NCBI RefSeq assembly: GCF_020745735.1
Contig: NC_083448.1
Location: 12,150,006 to 12,214,005, forward strand
DNA: 64,000 nt
Direction of reading: 5' to 3'
DNA from: Hemiscyllium ocellatum
Taxonomy: Eukaryota
Part shown: piece after piece, positions 12,601 through 21,906 of the stretch
Layout: each line of letters begins with the position of its first letter
How positions within the stretch are numbered: position 1 is the first letter of the stretch
The notes under the pieces: generated by a model
What the model was told of the DNA's origin: nothing
Seen by the model: the letters and a program-made list of their open reading frames with translations, nothing else
Databases searched by the model: none
Translations under genes and position numbers: made by a program

Positions 12601-15600
12601 GTCCAGCCTCTGAAAAGCTCCTTAGCAGTTGGGACTGTGTTGAGGAACAATCTCGACAGGACTACCTATTCTTTTCCAGGTCTGCAATTTCATCAGTGTC
12701 TGTTCATGAGTATTCATCTTCTCCTCAGAAGATTGATGAGCATGGATCTCCATTTCTGACTGTCCTGTAGTGCCCTTACATTTTTCATGGAGGTCAAATG
12801 GTTCCTTGAATACACATTATGTCAATTTTGTGTGTTCGCTGTCTGCTCGACTGAAATGACCAAAATACTATATCCTTCCCTTGGATGTTTTGTTCTAATT
12901 TTGTCTTCCCTCCAGCCATCTCTCGCACTTCTTCTGTGTAGGATTCCTTTCTCTACTCCTAAGACAAGCTAACTATCCATTATATTCCAACTACCATGTT
13001 CTAGCCCATTCACTTATCCTATACACATCTGCTTGAAGGCTCCTTGAAACCTCCTTACAACTTATGCTTGGTGTCATCAATAAATCTGTACATTTAGGAA
13101 CAACCTGCAGCTGCTCAGACTCAGGCTTGGTTCACCTATTCCTATCACCTACTTCAGGGCTCGGAAAATCATCCCACTATCCATTTCAAAGGATTTTCTG
13201 ATGGTTATTTACCGGTTAGAGCTGCAGCAAAATTATTCACAATAATTAGCTATATGGCCAAGGTCACTTACTCTCTTCTCTCAGGTTAGCACTTTACAGA
13301 GGAGAGAACAGAAAATTATTCAGAACAATCAAACAATCAAGTAACTGTTTAGCTTTTTTGAAGTTTCTGCAGTTCAACATTCTGTTCACTGCTTTAAAAT
13401 CAAAGCTTTTTTTTACCAGAATCACTTTGTTCTGTCTTCTGACTAAAACTGACTGAATTCAGAATTTCCCAAGAGATGTGACCAAGTGTCTGTGTGACAA
13501 GTTAGAGCATCCTGGTTTATGGTGTGCCATGAGAGGCTGCTGCACCATGCAGCACTGTGGTAGCATAACACTGGATTGAATTTAACTGACTACGGTCAGA
13601 TTATTTGTGTGTTAATGGCCAGAAAAAATGAGAGCAATTCCTCAGATAAGAGGAGTGTCTGTCAGAAGAGACTGAGAAGGATGAGCTTTACCACTGGCAA
13701 GTTTATAAACATTAGACTTTAAGCAACTGGAACATACACACCAATAACCATCGCCGACACTCACTTTGGGTTCTATCATGATCACTCAGCTCTCAATCTC
13801 ATGTAGCGTGGACCAGAACTGAATTCCAGAGGTGAAATGAGAATGACAGCTTGACTTCAAGGTAGCAATTGATTGAATGCACCATCAAAAGACCCTTGTA
13901 AAATTGGACAATAACTCTTCCCTTCCTTTCCTTTACTTATCTGTCTCCATCTCTGAGAAAAGGCTACAGGGGAACTATGACAATGAGCTCATGGCCTCAA
14001 ATATCGTTCTTCGCACCCTGCTTCTGATAAAACTCTTTCATATTTTTCCAGTTTCTCTGCCTCCGTTGCATCTGTTCTGATGATGTAATCTGCCTCAAGG
14101 GTGCTTATATCATGTCTTCCATTTTCCTTGACTCAGTAATCCACACCACCCCCAATTGTGACAGGGTCCTCGAAGGTGTCCAATCCATTCCTGCATTTGT
14201 GCTCTCTAATGCCAATTCTTCCCTTCTGAACGCCTAATATGGTTCCCCTTGTCCTCACATTTCATGCTACTAGCATCCACACATAACAAATAACCTTGAC
14301 CAAGTTTGCCATCATGAAACAGATCTTTCCTTTTGTGTTTTAGTATTCAGAAGAAACTAATCTGTCTACAATACTGGTGGACTGGTCCATATTTAAGAAC
14401 TCAGGGCCAACCAAGATGAGTACACCATTCCATTACAGAGTTCATTCACAAGTGTGTGCCTCAGATGCACCTGTTCCCTCAGTCACCCCTGCAAATGCCA
14501 GAGTGAAGTTTGAGAGTGAATCCACAGAAAGCTACTGGCCTCGATGAAGGATCCAGCTGTGCACTCTGATCCTGCGCGTACCAGTTGACAGGAGAATTTG
14601 CTGACATCTTTAACCTTTCCTTACTATGATCTGAAGTCCCCACCTGCTTCAAGAAAACCACCACTGTCCCGGAATAAAAGAAAACTCATACAGTGAGCTT
14701 CAATTACTACTGCAGGGTGACTTTGACCTCCCTTATTACGAAGTGCTTTGAGAAGTTGGTCACGGCTCATATCAAAACTCTAGCCTCCCAGCCTGCCTCG
14801 ATCCCTTGAAATTTGTCTACCATCGCAACAGGTCCATGGCAGATGCCATCTCCTTGGCTTTACCCTCATCCCTGTAACATCTGGGGAACAAGATACCTAC
14901 ATCAGACTCTTATTTATTGAGGAAAAAGTGAGGTCTGCAGATGCTGGAGATCAGAGCTGAAAATGTGTTACTGGTTAAAGCGCAGCAGGTCAGGCAGCAT
15001 CCGAGGAACAGGAAATTCGACGTTTCGGGCATAAGCCCTTCATCAGGATTCCTATTGAAGGGCTTATGCCCGAAACGTCGAATTTCCTGTTCCTTGGATG
15101 CTGCCTGACCTGCTGCGCTTTAACCAGAAACACATTTTCAGCTCCTATTTATTGACCACAGCTCCACTTTCAACACCATAATTCCAACCAGACTTATCTT
15201 CAAACTGATTCCTACGTCTCTGGTCAGCACTCTGCAACTGTATCCTTGACTTCCTGATCCAATGACTACAATCAGTGAGAATAGGCAACAGCATCTCCTC
15301 CATGACAATCCTCACTGGTGCCCCACAAGGCTGAGTACACTGCCTTTTGCTATACTCCCTGTACACCCATGACTGTGTGGCCAAATTTCATCCTAACTCT
15401 ACAAGTTTCCTGACGACACCACTGTTGTAGGCTGGATCTCAAACAATGATGAGATAGAATACAGTAAAGAAATAAACTGTTTGGTGGCGTGGTGTAAATC
15501 TCTACCTCACTGTCAGCAAAACAAAAGAGCTGGTCATTGACTTCAGGAAGCAAGGTGGAGGGCATGCCCCTATCTGCATCACTGGAGCTGAGGCAGAGGT

Positions 15601-18600
15601 GGTCAAGAGCATCAGACGTGAATGTCACCAACAATCTGTCCTGTTCCACCCAAGTTGATGCGATGGCCAAGAAAACACAACAATGCCTCTATTTCCTGAG
15701 GAGGCTAAGGAAATGCAGCATATCGGTAATGACTCTTATCAATTTTTATAGGTGCACCACAGAAAGCATTCCAACCGGATGCATCACAGTTTAGTATGAC
15801 AATTGCTCTGCTCAGGACCGTAAGAAACTAGTGAGTTGTGAACACAGCCCAGTCCATCACCAAACCATCCAAACCATTGACTCGATCAAGACTTATCAGT
15901 GCATCAGGAAGGCAGTCAACATGATCAAAGACCCCACCCATCCCAGTTATAATCTCTTCCATCGGGCAGAAGATACAAAAGCTTAAACACACTTCAGAAA
16001 GATTCAAGAATAGCGTCTTCCCCACAGGTATGAATGGACCTCAAATTGCAAATCTAATGTTGACCTTGCTCTTTGTGCATCTTCTCCATCTGTAACATTG
16101 TGTTGCTCATTCTGCTGTATTACTCGATTGCACTTTGTCTGGCATGATTTGCCTATGCTGCACGCAAAACAAAACATTTCACTGTATCTCAGCAGATGTA
16201 ACAATAATAAATCAAAGCGAAAGCATGGTTCATTCCTCTGTCATCCCAAACACCCATCCATTTCCAACATTTCTCCATGCAAGAGGAGAAGAGACAACAC
16301 CTGCCCTTTCACTTCATCTCTCCAACTGTCCAAAGTCCCAAAACTGCTTCCAAGTGATACAGCAACTCAAGAATATTTGTTTCAATTCAGCCAATTGTAT
16401 TTTCTGTTTATAGGACATAAAATGTTACAACACAGTACAGGCGCTTTGGCCCTCGACATTGCACCGACCTGTGAAAATAATGTGCTGCCCATCTAACCTA
16501 CACTGTTCCATTATTATCCATATGCATGTCCAATGCCCATTTAAATACCCTTAATATTGGCAAGTCTACTACGGTTGCAGGCAGGCCGTTCCACGCCTCT
16601 ACTACTCTGAGTGAATCTACTATCCTGAACATATGTCTTAAATCTATCACCCCTCATTTAAAGCTGTGTCCCTTTGTGTTCGCCTTCACCATCCAAGGAA
16701 AAAGGCTCTCACTGTCCACCCTATCTAACCCTCTGATTATCTTATATGTCTCAATTAAGTCATCTCTCAACTTTCTTCTCTCCAATGAAAACAGCCTCAG
16801 TTCTCGCGCCTTTCCTCGTAAGACCTTCCTTCCATACCAGGTAACAGCCCAGTAAGTCTCCTCTGAACCCGTTCTAAAGCTTTCACGTCCTTCCGATAAT
16901 GCGGTGACCAGAACTGCATGCAATACTCCAGGTGCGGTCTTACAAGTGTCTTGTACAGCTGAAACATTACCCTATGGCTCCATAACTCAAGCCCCCGACC
17001 AATAAACACCAACACACCATAAGCCTTCTTATTAACCCTATCAACCTGGGTGGTAACTTTCAGGGATTTATGTACCAGGACATCAAGATCTCTCTGTTCA
17101 TCTACACTGCCAAGAATTTTACCATTAGCCCAGTACTCTGCATTCCTGTTACTTCTTCCGAAGTGAACTACCTCACACTTTTCCACATTAAACTCCATTT
17201 GCCACTTCACAGCCCAGCTCTGCATCTTATCTATGTCCCTCTGTAAATCACAATAACTCTTGGCACTATCCACATCTGTGCCTACCTTAGTGTCATCCAC
17301 AAATTTACTAACCCATCCTTCTACGCCCACATCCAGATTATTTAGAAAAATGTCAAACAACAGTGGCCCCAAAACAGATCCTTGCGGTACGCCACTGGTA
17401 ACTAAGCTCCAGGATGAATATTTTCCATCAACCACCACCCTCTGTCTTTGTTCAACTAGCCAATTTCTGATCCAAACCGCTAAATCACCTTCAATCCCGA
17501 AACTCTGTATTTTGTGCAATAGCCTACCGTGTGGAACCTTCTGGATGTAGGTTGGCTTGCTGAGTTGGAAGGTTCATTTGCAGATGTTTCATCGCCATAC
17601 GAGGTAGCATCTTCAGTGAGCCTCCAGATGAAGCACTGTTGTTTCCTGCTTTCTAGTAGTATGTTTGGGATTCCTTGGGTTGGTGATGTCATTTCCTGTG
17701 GTGAATTCATTTCCTATGGTGATGTAATTTCCTCTTTTGTCAGGGGTGGTACCTTATCAAATGTCTTACTGAAGTCCATATACACTACTTCAACCACTTT
17801 ATTTTCATTCACCTATTTTGTCGCCTTTTCGAAGAACTCAATAAGGTGAATGAGGCACAACCTACTTTTCACAAAACTGTGTTGACTATCCCTAATCAAA
17901 TTATTCCTTTCCAAATGATTATAAATCCTATCTCTTATGACCTTTTCCAACACTTTACCCCCAACTGAGGTGAGGATCATTGGCCTATAATTACAAGGGT
18001 TGTCCCAACTCCCCTGCTTAAACAAGGGAACAACATTTGCTATCCTCCAGCGTTCTGGCACTTCTCTTGTCGACACTGATGACATACAGACCAAAGCCAA
18101 TGGCTCTGTAATCTCCTCCTTGGCTCCCCGGAGAATCCGAGGATAAATCCCATCCGACCCAGGGGTCTTATCTATTTTCAGATCTCCCAAAATTGCTAAA
18201 ACCTCCTCTTTATCAACAGCAATCCCATCTAATCTTGTAGCCCATATCTCTGTATTCTCACTAACACTGTGCTTTTCCAATGTGAAGACTGACGAAAATT
18301 ATTCATTAAGCGCTTCCCCATGTCCTCAGATTTCACACACAACTTTCCACCTCTATATTTGATTGGCCCTAATCTTACTCTAGTCATTCTTTTATTCCTG
18401 ATAAACCTATAGTAGGTCCTTAGGGTTTTTCTTGATCCTATGTGCCAACAACTTCACGTTGTCCCCTCCTGGGTCTTCTTTGCCCTCTCTTTACATCTTT
18501 TCTGGCTAACTTATAACTTGCAAGCCCCCCAACTAAGCCTTCATGCCTCATCCTCACAGGAGCCTTCTTCTTTCTCTTGACAAGAGCTTCGACTTCTTTC

Positions 18601-21036
18601 GTAAACCATGGCTCCCTCTTTCGACAACTACCTCCCTGCCTGATAGGTATATACTTATCAAGGACGTGAAGTAGCTGTTCCTTGAATAAGCTGCACATTT
18701 CAACTGTGTCCAACCCCTGCAATTTCCTTCCCCACCCTACGCATCCTAAATCTTGCCTTATAATGTGGTTCATTCCAAACTGTGGAGAAAAAAGTGGTGT
18801 CTTTGCAGAATACCTCTGATCAGTCTGCAAACGTACCCCGACCTTTGCGTAGCTTGCCATTTTAATTCTTCACCTTGCTTGCACATGGTTATCTCCTCTC
18901 TTGGCTCACCACAACATTCCAATTAAGCTTCACACAAGCTTGAAAAACATATCTTTTGATTTGGTACTTCACATCCTGCCAGCTGCAGATGAATCTGTTC
19001 ATGATAGGGATGTGCAGGCTAAGACTGGCCATGAGAGTTGCAGGGTTAGAGGTATAGGGTAGGATGGTGGGTCTGGATGGGATACTCTTCGCAGGATCAT
19101 TGTTGACTTGATGGGCCGAATGGCCTGCTTCTACACTGCATGGATTCTATGATTGTAGACTCAATACTGAGTTCAACAATTTCATGCTATAACCTCCGTC
19201 GCAACTCAGTTTCCTTCTCTTGGCAGTTTTGCAGCCCTACTCTTTTCATTTTGGAAAGCAATTGTTCATTATTCTGCCATTCACATCTCCCTGGATACAC
19301 AACTCATTTTCTAAACTGCCCATTCTAACTTCCCTTGGCTTTGACTTCCACCTTCCTCCCGTTCTTGTATCAATCTGTCTCTTCTGAAAATGTTTTGCAT
19401 TTCCAACTTTTCCCACTTCCAATGAAGAGTCATTGGTCTAAAACTCTGATTTCTCTCCACACAGTTGTTGCCAGACCAGATCAGATTTTTCCAACATATT
19501 GATTTCCGATTTTTTGCATCCACAATATTTTGCTTTTGTGTCAGAGGCCAATGCAAATAATTACAGTTAAAATATGTGATGGAATACTCCTCCTTTTACC
19601 TTTGTGAATGCAGTTCCAACAACAGTCAAGAAGCATGAAACCTTTCAGGATACAGCTCATTTGAATCCCACCCATCATATGAAGATTCACTTCCAATCCC
19701 ACCAATGTACAATACTTTCAATGTGTAATGCTTAGAAGATGGATTGAGGAAACTAGTTGTAGCTGCTTCAGCAGGACCATCTAAACAAGCAAATTTCACT
19801 GTCTGGACAAAGAAGAGCTGCATCCAACAGGAACACCAACCATATCCTGCACTCTGTTTTGACTTGGAAACGTACCTTCTTTGTCCGTGAGTCGAGAACC
19901 TGTAACTCTCTCGAACAGGGAATACCTGCATTTCACGGATTACAGCAATTCAAGAAGTTGGCTTGCCAACTCTCAAGGGCAATTATGGAATGACAATGTG
20001 TCCTGACCTTCCCAGTGATAACAACATCCCATGGATACAAAAAGAAATTCTGCAAAGCTTGATGGAATTGACACAAAGAGGCTGTTTGTCCTGATTGTAA
20101 AATTCAAAATATATGACTTCACATTTATCTTCATTGAACTGCATTTAATTATAACAGATGGATTATTAAAACAATCCTTCTGATTTCAAATTTAAGCACA
20201 CCCAGCCTTGCCAGTGAGCATAGCAATTAAATGCTACGATATTGAAGAGATAGAAATCACAGTCAAATATCTACACAGTATTAGATATTATAAAACCCCT
20301 GCTCCTGTCATAAAACATAAACAAAGAAACAAATATGCTGTCAAAAGCCGATGATTCGCTGCATCAGATTAGTGAACAGAAACTCAAAAAAGCAATTAAA
20401 TCTCACAGCAGATCCACAATTTATTCAGAAATAAACCATTTCAAAACTTTAGTGTTTTTCTGGTATTAAGTGGGCAAAGACAAAATGAACTGATTAGAAA
20501 GCATCAATTTCAAAACACGACTATTGAAACAGGATCTTAAAGATGGAACAATGTCTCAAGGTCATTCAGAGAGAGTGAATTGAGATTCAAAATGTCCAGC
20601 ACTTACAATAGTGGTCTTTAAATACATATTCGCACAGCTACAAGAACTACACTACTGAAGACGATGTTACTCCAACTGCCGTTGCAATTTAAGTTCTGGA
20701 AACGAATTAGGTTGAAGAAAACCTGTTTGTCCAAGTCCCTTTACAAACTCGCTTTCCAAAAGCAGAAGAGGTTGGAGATGCCCATTCACACAACATCCCA
20801 GGACAATCCAACTTCCTGAAAAAAAAACACAATCCCAAAAGCATTCCAAGCCTCAACTCGAGAGAAACATTTTCATTTCCAGCTGTTTAGATGCCAAATC
20901 AGGCAAAAACAGATGAAAGTTAACTCGGTTGGGAATAATTTACATTTATGCTCTGATGTTGAGCCAGCTCAAAAGAAAGGGCCGGATTTACCTTCTGCAT
21001 CCTACCGTGGTCTATTCTGGCTCTGTTACTCGGCAT
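575..21036 (-). CDS. GCK: Glucokinase (hexokinase IV), 5' part: join(21036-20992,3874-3712,2838-2684,1177-1058,670-575); continues beyond left edge
   Basis: Five GT-AG exons (45,163,155,120,96 bp) splice in frame to [23 protein letters not shown]...[39 protein letters not shown]...[50 protein letters not shown]. Exon sizes match mammalian GCK exons 1-5. Confidence 0.96.
1058..1177 (-). CDS. GCK: GCK exon 4
   Basis: cag/[40 protein letters not shown]/gtgag, 120 bp. Confidence 0.96.
1637..2668 (+). mobile_element. 5'-truncated Tx1-clade (L1 group) LINE, ORF2 C-terminus with zinc finger, antisense in GCK intron 3
   Basis: [19 protein letters not shown]...[17 protein letters not shown]...ARWGKTTV*, two homopolymer frameshifts, AATAAA plus A-tail at about 2638-2668, CpG-rich. 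Confidence 0.85.
2684..2838 (-). CDS. GCK: GCK exon 3 (ATP-binding DLGGTNFR motif)
   Basis: cag/(E)[51 protein letters not shown]/gtaag, 155 bp. Confidence 0.96.
3712..3874 (-). CDS. GCK: GCK exon 2
   Basis: tag/[54 protein letters not shown]/gta, 163 bp; not in the ORF track. Confidence 0.95.
5368..5725 (-). mobile_element. Shark tRNA-derived SINE (gggcaataaatgc...catcccatgaat tail)
   Basis: Head GGGAGGTGATGGCCTGGTGG; related copies at about 10665-10928 (+) and 39790-40200 (-). Confidence 0.7.
6845..7281 (+). mobile_element. Deu-domain SINE (SacSINE1/LmeSINE1/AmnSINE1-like), near full length, degraded
   Basis: tRNA-like head gtggctcagtt...gggttca, then Deu core cagtgcagta...gctgtctttcag...gcactattt...gtgtcctggccaa...cagattatctggtc. 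Confidence 0.7.
8669..9975 (-). mobile_element. Penelope-like element (family A): RT C-terminus, GIY-YIG endonuclease and 3' pLTR with degenerate hammerhead
   Basis: ORF 8780-9310 [41 protein letters not shown]; ctgatgaagggcttatgcctaaaatgtc at 8756-8783. Confidence 0.85.
10665..10928 (+). mobile_element. Shark tRNA-derived SINE, partial
   Basis: B-box ggttcgaaacc; similar to the 5368-5725 element. Confidence 0.6.
11290..11930 (+). mobile_element. Degraded RTE-clade LINE fragment
   Basis: Remnant [13 protein letters not shown] resembles the RTE RT C-terminal W.D.ITN.EV motif. Confidence 0.5.
14921..15145. mobile_element. Palindromic non-autonomous Penelope-derived insertion with two opposed hammerhead motifs
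   Basis: 94-bp inverted arms 14954-15047/15051-15144 with 4 mismatches; TSD TATTTATTGA at 14911-14920 and 15146-15155. Confidence 0.88.
15015..15050 (-). ncRNA. Minimal type I hammerhead ribozyme motif (Penelope-type)
   Basis: aauc-CUGAUGA-a-GGGC(uuau)GCCC-GAAA-CGUC-gaau: intact core, stem II hairpin, palindromic ACGU helix III; helix I is short. Confidence 0.7.
16412..18760 (-). mobile_element. CR1-clade LINE (HER1-like), RT region to 3' end
   Basis: ORFs 16797-17519 ([27 protein letters not shown]) and 17813-18280 ([17 protein letters not shown]). Confidence 0.92.
17541..17745 (-). mobile_element. Penelope-like family B 3' pLTR fragment inserted in the CR1, with hammerhead-like motif
   Basis: ctgaagatgctacctcgtatggcgatgaaacatc; flanked by gtggaacctt/gtggtacctt; homologous to 28927-29140. 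Confidence 0.75.
19005..19153 (+). mobile_element. HE1 SINE 3' half
   Basis: gatgtgcaggct...gatgggccgaatggcctgcttctacactg...gattctatgatt. Confidence 0.6.
20992..21036 (-). CDS. GCK: GCK exon 1, upstream (beta-cell/neuroendocrine-type) first coding exon
   Basis: ATG...AAG/gtaaat, 15 codons [15 protein letters not shown]. Same length and RAR..K pattern as human MLDDRARMEAAKKEK, phase 0 matching exon 2, and beside a CpG-rich stretch. Confidence 0.85.
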
Positions 21037-21089
21037 TAAGGCAATGTTTGGGTTTGAGGGTCTCAGCTCTGCACATTCACCAGTTCACA

Positions 21090-21430
21090 ACTGCCGCGGA
21101 AGCTCCTTCAGCAGGGTTTTTAAATCCCCGCCCTGTGATACCCCACCCCACCTCCCGTCTGGTCTCTCGGAATTTTTTATGTCCCAAACTGTCTCCTCGG
21201 TAAAGTCTGCAGTGGACCTGGCTCGGTGGGTTCCCCCCTCCTACCCCGTCTCCCCTCGCCATCTCACGGCTGCATTTCTTGCTCCCTTTTTGGTTCCTCG
21301 GCGCCTCTGCGAGCCGCCCGTCACCATGGAGACGCGGCCTGCTCCCTAGAAACGGAGCCTACACCCACGAACCAAGTCCCTGGCAAGAGCAGCATCCTTG
21401 CCCCCCCCACCATGGCCGAAGCGGAGAATC
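21090..21430 (-). promoter_or_regulatory. CpG-rich 5'UTR/promoter of GCK upstream exon 1, with X-box-like palindrome GTCACCATGGAGAC (21320-21333)
   Basis: Local GC/CpG enrichment directly upstream of exon 1, GC boxes (ccccgccc, gccgccc), RFX-type palindrome. Confidence 0.7.
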
Positions 21431-21774
21431 TGATTCCAAGTTCCAAACACACACACACAGTCCACTGCAGAAGGTGACCTCCTTTAGCAAGGAGTGCTGC
21501 TGCTGCCTGCTTCCAGTCACCACCACTCCATATAGACACAAGGAAACCCAACAAGGACCAAACAGAAAGGGCTAACTTGTGAGCCTGCATAAGGAAACTG
21601 ACAAACATTTACACAGGTTCGTCTACTGCAAAAATCATGCTTTTTTTTCTACAAAAAAACCCAAAAGTTGGAGTCTCGACTATTCAGTAGAGAAGAACAG
21701 GCAGGAAAAATGTCCTCCAAGCAGTTAGAAAACTACAGTAAGAGGTTGGCATAACAAGAAATGGTGACACACAA

Positions 21775-21906
21775 AAGGCCTCAGTTGACGGTACTCTGAC
21801 TTCAAAGTTTGAATTCTGTGGGCTCAATCACCACTTGAGAAAAGAGCACAAATCTCAAGGTTGTTTCCATGGTGTTGCACTGAGGGATTGCCATTTCATG
21901 TAAAAC
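21775..21906 (+). mobile_element. Deu-domain SINE 5' fragment upstream of the GCK promoter
   Basis: gcctcagttgacggtactctgac...gtgggctcaa...gagcacaaatct...gcactgagggattg. Confidence 0.5.

Larger units (their letters stand above)
14380..16215 (+). mobile_element. Rex1/Babar-type LINE, degraded RT
   Basis: [59 protein letters not shown]; ends aataataaatcaa. Confidence 0.8.
13870..19540 (+). mobile_element. Old Penelope-like element split into pieces (~13870-14380, 16220-16410, 18765-18985, 19165-19540) by nested insertions
   Basis: Collinear remnants: [14 protein letters not shown], then C..CNTCPF region, GIY-YIG remnant (gaatacctc...gccattttaattc) and pLTR end. Confidence 0.6.
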
